NCBI GenBank assembly: GCA_036172245.1
Contig: JAYWIR010000014.1
Coordinates: 2,480,001-2,544,000 of the forward strand
Reading direction: 5' to 3'
DNA length: 64,000 bases
From: Raillietiella orientalis
Taxonomy: Eukaryota
The position numbers were made by a program, and so were the translations under genes. Position 1 is the first letter of the stretch, and every line of letters begins with the position of its first letter. Below are positions 1 through 11,209 of the stretch, piece after piece. A model generated the notes under the pieces. It ran no database searches. It saw only the letters and a list, made by a program, of their open reading frames with translations, and had not been told where the DNA came from.

Positions 1-44
1 AACAACGCAGATTATTAATGAGTGGATGAGAAGCCTCGACTGTT

Positions 45-72
45 TCTCTCTCTCTCTCTCTCACACACACAC
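45..72. repeat. Compound (TC)n(AC)n microsatellite
   Basis: tctctctctctctctctcacacacacac. Confidence 0.85.
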
Positions 73-1479
73 TATGGAACGCAGCATGTCAGCGTCCCAT
101 AAGTCTTCTGTTTTCTTTAAAATTAAATCATGATAGTTCGCGGCTGTATTTTGCTCTAATGTCTTTGGAAAAGGCGACCTTGCTTTCTCTCTTGCTGTTT
201 TCGGCTCATTATCGGAGAATTGACCCTTCATTTTATTTTATTTATTTATTTTTTTAAAAAGCGAAGATTCTCTTCTTTGCCTTTCACACGCAAGAGATAC
301 TTCGCTTTCATCCGCATCGAGAAACGCTCAGTCATCCTTCTCTTCCGCGACGGAATCCTATTAAGGAATCTGGAGCAGCCTTACATGGTTATGAAAACGA
401 TGTGTTTTACGTTGGTCATCCCTTTCACAAAATCCTCTCTCTACTTGTGCATCTTCATACCCGATTAGTTATGATTTTTGCAAATAATTGTCCGTCTCGT
501 GTCCTTGAACAGCAAGAGCACATTAAGGAAAATAGTCCGAGGAAGTAGTGCAAATACAATCCGTCTTGAATTTATTAAGAGTTATCAAAAGTAGGACCAT
601 CTGTTGTGTTTCACTTATTCTTTCCCAGTACATACCATTTCCGATCCCCTGCATCATGATCCCCGTATTAATGGAGCCGAGCCTTTTTTATCTATGCCAG
701 ATGCTTCATTACATTATTTACATAATTTATTCATTGATTCCAACAGTTTATGTTTTCAAGAAAAATCCATGGTTTAATTTATTTTGACAAATAATTGCTT
801 TATGGTGGCAGTAATAAACAAAGTTCGAAATCTTGCATTGTCAGAAATCCTTCATTTCGGTCCTGCATCTTCCGAACCAGATTATGTGGGGTACGCCCCA
901 TGTGTTTCGCCTTCGGTTTTGGGATCTTCTGGAACCTCTCACAGAAAATATCCAAACTCCTCTTTCATCAGCTTCACCCATTTTGTGGCCATTTTTTATT
1001 TATTTCACTGCAAAATTTCGTTGCTTTTTTTTTGTGTGTGCGTATCTGTGTCTGTGTGACGTCGTCAAGCCTTCTGTACTCGAACGATTCAGTATTGAGA
1101 TGGAGAATGCAATGTGAGCCGATTATTTCCAGAAGATGCAGGAAATTCGGTGAGCCTCACATGACTTAGCTCACCGAATTTCTGTTTGTTAGATGATGGC
1201 TACCAAGAAGCAGCAGTGCCGCTCTTGTTGCAGCAGTTGCATCTGCTGCATGGCTACCGTGGAAACATTGGTCTATCGTTTACTAGCTGGATGCACACAA
1301 TGTAACTCTCCAGAGTCCTGATTCATCCTGCCATGGGTGTCGGGACGATTGATATTACTTGTTGCGACTTTTTGATTTCCTCTCTGTGACATGAGAGGTT
1401 CGTTATGAAAATTAGACCGAATCCTGTCTAAAGAGTTGTGTGTGGGTGTTTCTCTCGCAGTTATTCTTGAAGCACAGGA

Positions 1480-2219
1480 GACCCACCTTAGAGAGTCTCT
1501 CGTTCCAGCATCCGTTGTGATTCACATTCTCGTACGACTAGTTCGGTTCTCCGTTATTCCATCCTTGCTAAAGCGAGACCGTCCTTATGGAACTCCTGAT
1601 AGATCAAGCAACAGCATTTTGAGAAATGCAGACTGTCCCCATGTGTGCTAACACCTAATTGGTCGGCCATTTAGTAGTAGTAATCACAATACGTATCAAC
1701 ATTGCCACAAAATAAGTAGGCTCGACTTGCTTGGCACTCAAGTTTCCAAGATTCTCCTTTGATTGCTCCTGTCGCGCCATCCTTCAGGAAAAGGTTTTTC
1801 GGCAGCGAAACGAGCCGTTGGAGACGGTTGCCTACTGCCTTTCAGGCTGTGGGCGACATTAAATTTTCCGAATGACTGCAGCGAAACGGTTCTTTCTCAC
1901 TTTTAATTGTCATTAGGAGCATTCCGGCAGAACATGCCGAGTCCATGCGAAAAATGGCCGACCCTTCAGCAGTCGAACTGCCATTTAGGATTCCGACGCG
2001 GTAGTTGAGAGAATGGTACTTTTGTTTTGGAAGGAAGCTGTGCCTACAGAGGAATCTGATTGATTCCTGGGGTGAAACGAGGTAACCAGCATTCCGCTGT
2101 GCCCGATTGAGTCTTCTGAAATCGCACAGCTCGTTCTCGTCTTTCAGTTGGATTGCACTTCTCCATAAACACAACAGGTGCACTGTCGAGCTCTTCTGAA
2201 CAGGGTGCACTTGCTGCAT
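1480..2219 (-). mobile_element. Possible highly decayed LTR-retrotransposon (Ty3/Gypsy-like) pol remnant
   Basis: Minus-strand LKDENELCDFRRLNRAQRNAGYL resembles the RT motif K-DG..R.C.DYR.LN; a downstream ITTDAG...ASR loosely resembles RNase H. No YxDD seen and the frames are broken. Confidence 0.25.
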
Positions 2220-4577
2220 GATCAGTTCTTACATTAATTGACCCTCAATCTAGAGGTTACCTGCCTCCCGAACGGTGCAAGTCAAGTGAATTCCTCCTTT
2301 AAAAAGGGGACGAAAGTTAATCTTGAACCAAAAAGACGTGAAGTGAAGTTTGTGCTGCTATGTTTCTGAGGAGCAGCAGTCGGAGCTTCCATTTTTAGAG
2401 ATTCCTGCATTTAGCAACGCAGACACATCATACGTCCCGAAATTTTCCGCTTTTATTCTTTGGAGGCAGGTTGGGCAACTCTTTACGAGCAACACATCTC
2501 GAGTGGGTCCAATGCTTTCAGAATGACCGGAAAATGAATGAATTATTTGGATTGCTGCAACGAATTCGGGATTCCATAAGAGCCAAAACAAAACAAAATC
2601 CAACATGGGCATCAGGAAATGGAATTCGTGTTCTCTTGTCTCTTTGTCTGCAACGGTAACCTCGGTTTACCGGAACCTCCGGTAAACAAGCTGATGTACC
2701 CTGCTAATGGCTGGATGGGGTTGGTTTCGAGAGCACACTGAAATATGGCCAACATTCTTGTTTTCGATGAGAATTCTTAACGTCGCGCAGTTGGAATCCC
2801 AGGAGGTAACCAGGAGGATTCTAATTTCACTTGGGCTGATTCTCAAAGAAAGCGGCAAACTCCGGCAAACTTACAGGTTTCCGTGTCTCTTGATTTATCT
2901 CGCTTGATTTCGAATGAAAGTGCCGCCTCAGAAGCAAAACAACACTGGATGCCACTATGGACGTGGAGCGATTAAATAAGAGTTCCGTCATAGTGCTATA
3001 TTTAGAAGTAGGATGGCACGAGGTTTTTTTCCCCATCCTCCTTCCTCTCTTTGCCATCTCGGGAATGAACGTTAGCCACCGCAGGATCGGCGGAGGAGTG
3101 AAGGAAAATTTGTGATTTCCGTCTGCGAAAGCCTTGTCTTCTGCGTGAGCTGCAAAGTTAGGCATTTCTTCTCGATGGGCCACCATTTCACTTATGATCA
3201 TGCGAGTCTCAATTAGAACCGAGAACCGACAAATTTCAGCGAAGACAAATTGGCAAGACCGACGTCTGCTGTCACGTCACTGGACGACATGCACAAAGGA
3301 ATGGCACTGGTGATCATATAAATTTCTCGTTGGGCACGCTCCCTGGGATACATCGGTCAAAATCAAGAATTTCAGATTTTCAAACGAGTAATCATGAAAT
3401 TTATCGTCTGACAGTTCAAAGAGAGCAGCAGATGTCCTTGCGAAAGACACGCCTGGAGCATCTGCTGCTGTTCCGTTTAGAAGCTCCCGGGAAGCGAACG
3501 CACGTGCGGAAATCCAGCGCGATCCAGTTGTCCTCTCTGCAAGATTGTCGTGAGTCTCCCAGATTGTTCGTGTCGTTAGGGTGATGCCCGAGTGCGTCAG
3601 GTGTACCCTGTGGTGCTCTTGCTCCTGTAGCTGGCAGGTACGACGTCATGGAACGAGCGTTTCTCGTCTTGAGCGAAAAGTAGGACGATCAATACGTCCA
3701 AGACGGAAGATTGTTTTTATGTGAGGGCTGCTCGCCATGGTGTGGATACGTGGACGAGCATGCAAAAAAAGAAAAACGGAAACATTTGATGGTCCGTTTG
3801 ATTTTTCTTGCAATATGTGTGTAGCCCTGCTCAACTCCTCGGGGGTTTCAGAGGCGTGTTTAGGTACTGTGGGTGCACCTGAAGCGTCCTCGGGAGCTGG
3901 AAATTAATTATGGACAACACTTCACATCGCACGGATAGAAGAAGTTCTTGCAACACAAGCTGTTTGCAATCCACTGTTTGCTCCTCACTGTGCTTTGACA
4001 CACCTCATGATAGCATCTCTCACGAATGGCTGCAAAAGACGAACCGACTAAAATGAATGAACTTCCTTACTCACGATGCAACCCCAGGGTAGCGTGGCAG
4101 TCGTAGTTTCCGTGGACCTCCTTCTCCACTGCTTCGGGATTCTTCTCGAAACATGCCGTGGATGTTCTCCCATAATGAATCGGAGCCGGAAATTTCGTCC
4201 AGCGTGAGTGCACGGTGCACTTGCGTTGTGCTCACCTTCCGAAGCAGTCCTTTGGAATGTCCCATTCCTGGATAACTTGGCAACCGCGACCAATTGTGAC
4301 TGTGTTCTTGTTATTCCAACCGCCTCAGTCTCTGTGTTTGTTTGACTTGAGCAAATGAGAGCTGTCACGCGCATTTTCGTCAGTGGTGGATTTTTTTTGC
4401 ATTCAAAATACTTGCGATCATGTCTTTGTCTGAAACTTCTACATGCCATTCGTTGGAAGAAGTGAAGTTTTTGCCCTTCGGTATCTTTTGTGGGAGGACC
4501 TCTTCTGCTGGTCTCAGAATTAGCAGTCTAGTTCGATTTAGGGATCTGGTCTCTTCCTGTCCAATTAGGCAAAAGAC

Positions 4578-4606
4578 AAAAAAAAAACAACAACAACAAC
4601 AACAAC
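4578..4606. repeat. Poly-A plus (CAA)n microsatellite
   Basis: aaaaaaaaaacaacaacaacaacaacaac. Confidence 0.8.
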
Positions 4607-7600
4607 TTGCTTCAGCAGGCCGGAGCTCGCTCATGTAGTCGTCTGGAAGGCCTCAGTTTAATTATCCATCTGTCAGTTAGCGGTCTAAGACGAAAGGAAT
4701 TTATATGAATCGACTTTAGATACGGGATTACTGTAACGAGTGTCCGTTGTACGTACACATGCACGTACGTGAGCCGGAACAGGTAGGAACCTCCAGGGAA
4801 AGCGGATTACCCAACGGTTTCATAGCTGACTGGAAATGTACATCTCGTTTCGGTGTCCTGGCAGTTGATGGGCCTTCCAGCATTCTTTTCGACAAACCGC
4901 TTAGGGAACGTTCTTTCCAGATCAGAAGTTCTGCTCTTCGTTCCACAAGCCACGTACTCTTCAAATGGTTTTCGAACACCGAGATTTACGGCGCACTGAA
5001 TTGTAATTGTAGGAAACACGCACTTAGTGTCAGGTATGCGGAGGGAGATGTACAGGCGTGCATTTGCATATCCGAAACGAGTTGTTCAGCCTTCTTGCTG
5101 GACGTTCCGTCGAAAAATTATTAGCGCGGACTCGTGTTGGACGTGTGTAATCTTTGCATTTAGTAGCGACGCTCTCGCCATTATCTCGGATGCGGAACGA
5201 GCCGGGAACCGTTTCATCCGAAAAGATGGGAACGGACACGTTCGGTGCGACTGCCACACGTGAAGCAAGGACGGTCCTCAAGAAGCGTTCCTTCATCCGA
5301 TGCTGGCGGAAAAGACGCTCCAAACTCCCTGCCTCCCAAGATGTGCCGCCGCCGACTGAGTGACTTCTGAGCAACTCTTATCGGGGAGAGAGGGGGGGGG
5401 GGACACCACTCCACGATTTCCTGCGAACCGTAAAGTCATAAACCGAAGGAACAAGTTTTCACGAGCCTCGTGTCGCGTTTTTCAACACGGAGAGAAGTTT
5501 GGAGCTCGACTTCAGCATCCCGGGGATCGTGTGCGTCAAAATTATTGCAGCACGTTGATGAGCACACTCTGTCATTCCGTTGTGTGTGATGCGTATTTGA
5601 TTGCTTCGGCTGCATGCACAGGTACGCGTCCTGCATCCGACCGTTTCTCTTGCTTTTCCTTTTTTTTTCCTTTCCGTGAAAAGGAGGCTGGAGCTTGCGA
5701 AACTTCCTAATTCATCTTCAGTTTTGTTGCAAGTTGGGAATCTGAATCAAGCTTGCTGCTTGTTCCCTGGGACGCGAAGTCCCAAATCCTGTGAAGAGCG
5801 CAAATAACAGCGGAAAGGTCAACTGACTCCGTATCGGAGATTTGAGTTTACGGAATCACATACGGAGCAAGAAGGAGATGTGGCCTTGTTTCCAGGAAAA
5901 AGAAGGGGTTGGGGGTGGGGGGGAAGGAAGGAGCCTGAAGATGGAAGTCTTTTCCCAAAATACGAAACATCCTAAGCGAGCCGTCCACTGTCGTGTCTTC
6001 CGAACGGAATCTCTCTGAAAGTGCTACACCCATTGCGCCATGGGGCACACGCAGCGTGTGCGTAGCACAGAGCCGGGCAGTTGCTTCTCGAAGCGGTTCC
6101 TCCCGCTGCCAAAAAAAAAAAAAATCAAACAAACAGGTAGAAACTTTGATCTGAGTGCCACGCATGAGACAGCGAAAACGCGTACTTGTGAGAAACGAGC
6201 GCTGTTTGCTTGATAGCTGCTCGTAGGCGTGGCGTGTTCAACGTGTATTTGGTCAGCTCTTTTCCTCATTGTTTGGAGAAACTCGTTTGCAGCAGCCGCA
6301 ACAAAAAAGAACAAACAAAAAAAAACTGTACACTGCGAGGTGATGTACCCTGTTTTTGTAGCCGTGCACGGCGAGTATAAGGAGATGCGCTTGACTTTAT
6401 CCGGTGGGATCTGCTCAGCAGGGCAGCCGGCCTATTCCGCAAAGTCAGATGATTGGTATTTTGTTAATCTTGCCGAATTCAAATGTTCAGCTGCTTTCAA
6501 AGACACGAGGCATAGAAGCGTGTGGGCGGGGAGGGATCCTGTTGTGTACCAGGTTGCGTTTTTCCTGTACGCATCCGCGGGAGTGGGTGCGCACATGTAC
6601 AGTGTGCAATGTCTTAGCAGCACAGAGACGTGAAGAGATGTTCGTATACGTACATATCCTTTCCAAAGTGCATCGTCCGTATGCCTGTGAAAATGCACGT
6701 AACTCCCGGTGCGCGCAAATATATGGGCTGTCCCGTTTCATGGGATTGTAAATTTTTGTTCCTTACCTACGTGCGTTTTTTTTCCGGGAACCTGCTCTTG
6801 TCCTAGCGATGTTTATTGCGTTTCGCGGCAGTCAATCAGAGCACTTCGCGGCTTACCAGAGCAGCAAAGAGGATATCACATGTGCATCATAATGTGTGAA
6901 GCTCAGCATTATTTCTCAGCCTTTATGTATGGCGTCCTTCACTGCAGCGTTCTCTGTCACGACGATCTTTCTCGTTCCCGGGTGTGCACGCGGTGATGAA
7001 GTGTCGGATATCCGTTTCGCACGTGCACGAATCATCGAGGCACTCCTGTGCTTCCGAGCCCTCCAAGTCTTCCAAGTTCAGTGTGTGGAACTCGTAACCT
7101 GCCCGCAGGAAAATCATGCATGTTCTTCCCCTTCGTGCCTTCGTTCCGCAAACCACGGTGCCGGGGCTCCGTGTCAAACCCGGTAGGGTTCCCTTTCTCA
7201 AGAACTGGGTGCAGGCGGCGTCCATCCGTGGATGCGCTCCCGGAGTTGAAGGTGACGGCCATCCCGAGGTTGTTTCATCGGCGCTCCTTGTGTCCCAGGT
7301 GAACCGCGAGCGAATTCGTCCGGAGGATCTCTGAGGTCTCCCCTTGTGCCTCTACGCCCGTTGCACGCGATGGTCATGTGGAGATATTTTTCAAAACATG
7401 GTTCCGTTTCTCGAATTTGTTTGACAGGGGACCTTGGGCGGGAGTGGCGTTCAGCAACATTGAAAACAGAGACAGATATACGGTGAAAACGTCACTTTTT
7501 CCAGAATCGCCCAGGATGCGTGCGCGGGTTTCCTGATGTCGCTGTAAAACAAGATTCTTTTTTTTTTTTTTTCCTCTCTCTCCTTTCTTTTACGCTATCC

Positions 7601-8588
7601 ATCCGTTCGTTGGCGTTCGAAAGTCTTGCAGAGCCAGCCATTCGCCGGTAAACGTTCTGCCCTCTCCTTCAGAGCAAAGCAGCCCTGCTTTTTTTTTTTT
7701 TTTTTTTTTTATCGCTTGGAGTTTGTGTAAGGGATTTGCGAAAGGAAGGCTCGCTGGCGTTTCGCCTTTCCCTAGTTCGAATGGCGCACGTCTTTGCGTG
7801 GGAACTGCTCAATAGAAATCCGTTGATCTTGAAAGCGACTCAAAGGAGAAAGACGCAGGGACAAAGTAGCAGAGTGGCAAAGTGTAACGCTGAGCCGACG
7901 GGGATGAGGTAGGCTTAACAAGTTGACCTGACGTTTATGAAAACGAGGTGCACGTCTCCCGTAAGACATCCTCCACTGCGTGTGATGGAAATATTTTACC
8001 TGAGACCAGCGCTGACAGACGAAGAACCAAACAAACAGAAAAGACGAGAAACTAGATTGATGCTCTTTTTCTAAATATACACGTTGATGTTTCTCGGGCA
8101 CACAGTTTCATTAGAGGGATGATGTGGCAAAAGACAAATGGGAGTGATTTTTTGCCGATATTTATTTGTGCACACTCTGCGAGGCTTTTTGTGAATTAGC
8201 GACTTGGGGCCAGTTGTGTCGGAATTTTCGGAAGCCGTGAAATAACGACGTGTAGCAGAAGAGAAATTACTCGTTATTACACAGCGTTTCTCACAACAAG
8301 AGGTGTTTAAGGTAATATCACGTTTTCCGAATTCTTACAGAGCACCCACTAAGATCTAATTGGCGTCATTCGTGATCCGAATGCGTTGGCCGGAGCGCCT
8401 CCATCCGTGTTTTGGGTTTCTCAGTCGGCTGGCTGGTGTGGAGCCGTTGGGAGCATCAGGCAGCGCGTTCCATTCCGGGCACGCTTGGTGTTGGATGCGG
8501 TGGCACTTGGAAACTCCGAAGATGGGAATTGCCATTTGCATCTCGCTTTCACGGTGCTGCCTCGGCTTTTAATCGAAGGGGTTTTCTC

Positions 8589-8595
8589 AAAAAAA

Positions 8596-8626
<31 letters not shown>

Positions 8627-8627
8627 G

Positions 8628-8661
<34 letters not shown>
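8589..8661. repeat. Pure-purine A/(GAAA)n/(GAAAA)n tract
   Basis: About 70 nt of only A and G. Confidence 0.85.
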
Positions 8662-8830
8662 CGTGGTTTGTTGTCTCCGTGTTTATCGACTCCGGAAACG
8701 AATGCCTCAGTGGCTCGTTCCGTTCCCATTCCTCGGGGCGCATTCGGTAAGAGTTCCAAACTATCTCCAGCGCAACCCGCCCTACAGTGTGGATCTGCTC
8801 CCTGATCTTTGCATCACTGTGTTTTCTGCC

Positions 8831-8894
8831 GTTGTTTTGTTGTTGTTGTTAGTGGTGGTGGTGATTATGGTCGTGTTGGTGGTGGTGTGGTTTG
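8831..8894. repeat. Imperfect (GTT)n/(GGT)n trinucleotide repeat
   Basis: gttgttttgttgttgttgttagtggtggtggtg...ggtggtggtgtggtttg. Confidence 0.75.
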
Positions 8895-11179
8895 TCTATT
8901 AGTGGAGAAGCAGCGTGACAGTTGCTTGACTGGCTGCTGCTGCGCCAGAAATCTGATCCGTACCGTTCCGCCGAACTGTTTGTTGTGCGTCCCCATCGCA
9001 ACATCGAGATTCCACAGTGCAGTTTCTGGAGTAGTTCTTTCTCCATAAAGTATGAACGCACCCGTTGGAAGAGTATTTTTCGACTTCGCCAAGGACGATT
9101 TGTTTCCCTGGTTGTTTTCTTCGGTCCCTGGACTTCCATGGTTTTTAACCGCGAGTGTGCGTTGATTGGTGGAGAGATGCGTTTGCGAGTAAATTCGTGT
9201 TTCTTGATTGCGTGGAATAACAAGGAAAGCGCGCGTGTAATGAGCCAGGTTTGAGCTTTTAGAGAAGAATCTCATTGGGAAAGCTATTTTCTTTTTGTTT
9301 TTCCCTCGCTTCCCCCCCCCCCTTCCCCACTTCCAGAATCCTGTAATCCAGACTTGTTTGATGCACATGCCTTTCATCCTTTCGTCTAATTGGATCCGAC
9401 AATCACTGTTTCTGTTCGCGGTGCTTTCTTTTCGTGCGTCTTGTTCGTCTGATTTCCAATTATCTCGTAAGTGCCATATTCGACTTGGTGCTCTCGGAAG
9501 AAGGTCAATGTCAATTGAACAGGAGAGCAAAGCTTTTACGCGCCTGACGGTGTCATATATCAATCACGAACAAGATCTTCGTCCGAGATCACTTTTTGTG
9601 ATGCAGCTGAATCGTCTCAATGCCAAGCCTGCCAGCATTGAACGGCCCAGAAGTTCGCGTTTTCCCTCTGCATCAGCCCGTGTGAATCGCCGTTCGCGCC
9701 TGCGCTCTGGGACCACGTCCCGTCGCGACAGCAGGGAGGAGCAACAGCAACCATCTTTTTTCCCCTACGGCGCGCCTTTTTCCAGAGGCAGAGGGAATGA
9801 GGCCACGGATGGGAGTGCTCGTCGGGAGCAGTCACTGAAACTCAAGGAGAATCCGTTCCTTCGAGTGTTCACCGCAGGAATCGATCTGGAGAACGGTTCC
9901 CGACCTTTTGTTTGTTTCTTCGGCCTTGCTTGCGGCATCAGCGTGGCGGCGCGCGTTGCTTTTCCCTTCTTGGATCCGCTGCACCAGCGATCGTAGCACC
10001 TCTGCTCTCCGTGTGTCAGTTTGCACGGGTTCCTCGCCTCGGGCTCGAAGGCAGGAGTCATCTGCCCCGAACGCGCGCGCGCCGGTTGTGCAGTCTTTTC
10101 TTGCCGTCACACTTTGTACTGATCCGACGTGACATTGCATGATGCAGCGGAAGGGCTCCGGGTGTCCGTCCAGCAGCGGATGGTGTGTGCGCTCTATATG
10201 CCCCAAAGTCCGCAAGAATCTATTCTTCTCGAAAGATTTTTCCGTCCCTCTGGCGGTTACAGCTGTGCTCCTCGTGTGCCAGGTAATCTTTCGGAGAGGG
10301 AAGGGAGCTGGGAGCGTGCGTTTGCAGTGCGGTCGCTGTGACCCGTATCGCATGGAAAACGGCGCTGAAAACAATCATCTTAGTCATTGTTCTGGTGGAA
10401 AGTCAATCATCAATAAACATGCCAGTCGGCCTCCTCCCCTTTCTTTCCGTCGCACCCACGCCTCCCATAAATATTTCATACGGTGCAAAATCGAGTTTTA
10501 TAGTTGAAGTGTTTCACCACTCTTCGTGCAAGAGTGTAACCTTCCGCTCTTGTGGCGGTACTTGGCGACGATGCCGCTTCCGTGCCTCGGGACGCGTCCA
10601 TCGCTCAACGTCCGGTTCACGCGAACTGCTCGGCGCCCGCACCAGAAACGGGCAAAATGTTTCGCGGGAAGGGGAGGGGTTGGATGGGGTGTGTTAGTTA
10701 TCCCGTGTGTGCGCGCTCGGGATTCGGCGCCAAGTCCGTCCGTAACGTCCTGGGTCTTCCTGGAGCTCTCTGCTCGCTTCTGGCATCGTGACGGAATTTC
10801 TTTCGGAGCGTCGTCCGCCGCCGCATGACCACCCCCCTTTCTCCTCGTTCTCGGTTTTTTTGAATCTCATCAGGGAAGAGTTCCCCCCCCCTTTCACGCG
10901 CGCACGCGATTTTCGTGTACGCTCACGCGTTTTTTTTTTTTGCCTTTTTTTATTTTTTTGCATGTGTTTTTTTGTGATTTATGTTTGTGTTGCACCACCA
11001 AATCTGAGAGATCGTGGATGAGACGTGGGAAGGTGAAACTGAGAGAGGAAGGGGGGGAAAAAAGATAAAATAAAAAAACAAAAATAACAAAGGGAGGGGG
11101 TGGGGGAGGATGCGTGTGTGTCGGGGCGCTCGTACCTTGCGATTTGTTCTTGATCTCTCCTTCGCCATTTCAGATCGTA

Positions 11180-11209
11180 ATGGAAGATGAAACTCCGAAT
11201 AAGAAATGA
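11180..11209 (+). promoter_or_regulatory. Upstream ORF (MEDETPNKK*) whose stop overlaps the cadherin ATG
   Basis: gtaATGG context; ATG GAA GAT GAA ACT CCG AAT AAG AAA TGA, with TGA at 11207-11209 inside ATGATG. Confidence 0.5.

Noticed and set aside
4048..4449. Minus-strand ORFs ending near a gtgagt donor-like site at about 4074
   Set aside because: No recognisable domain or partner exons
4667..4679. 13-mer CATCTGTCAGTTA, also present at 32658-32670
   Set aside because: A shared 13-mer is expected by chance in 64 kb, and the match does not extend
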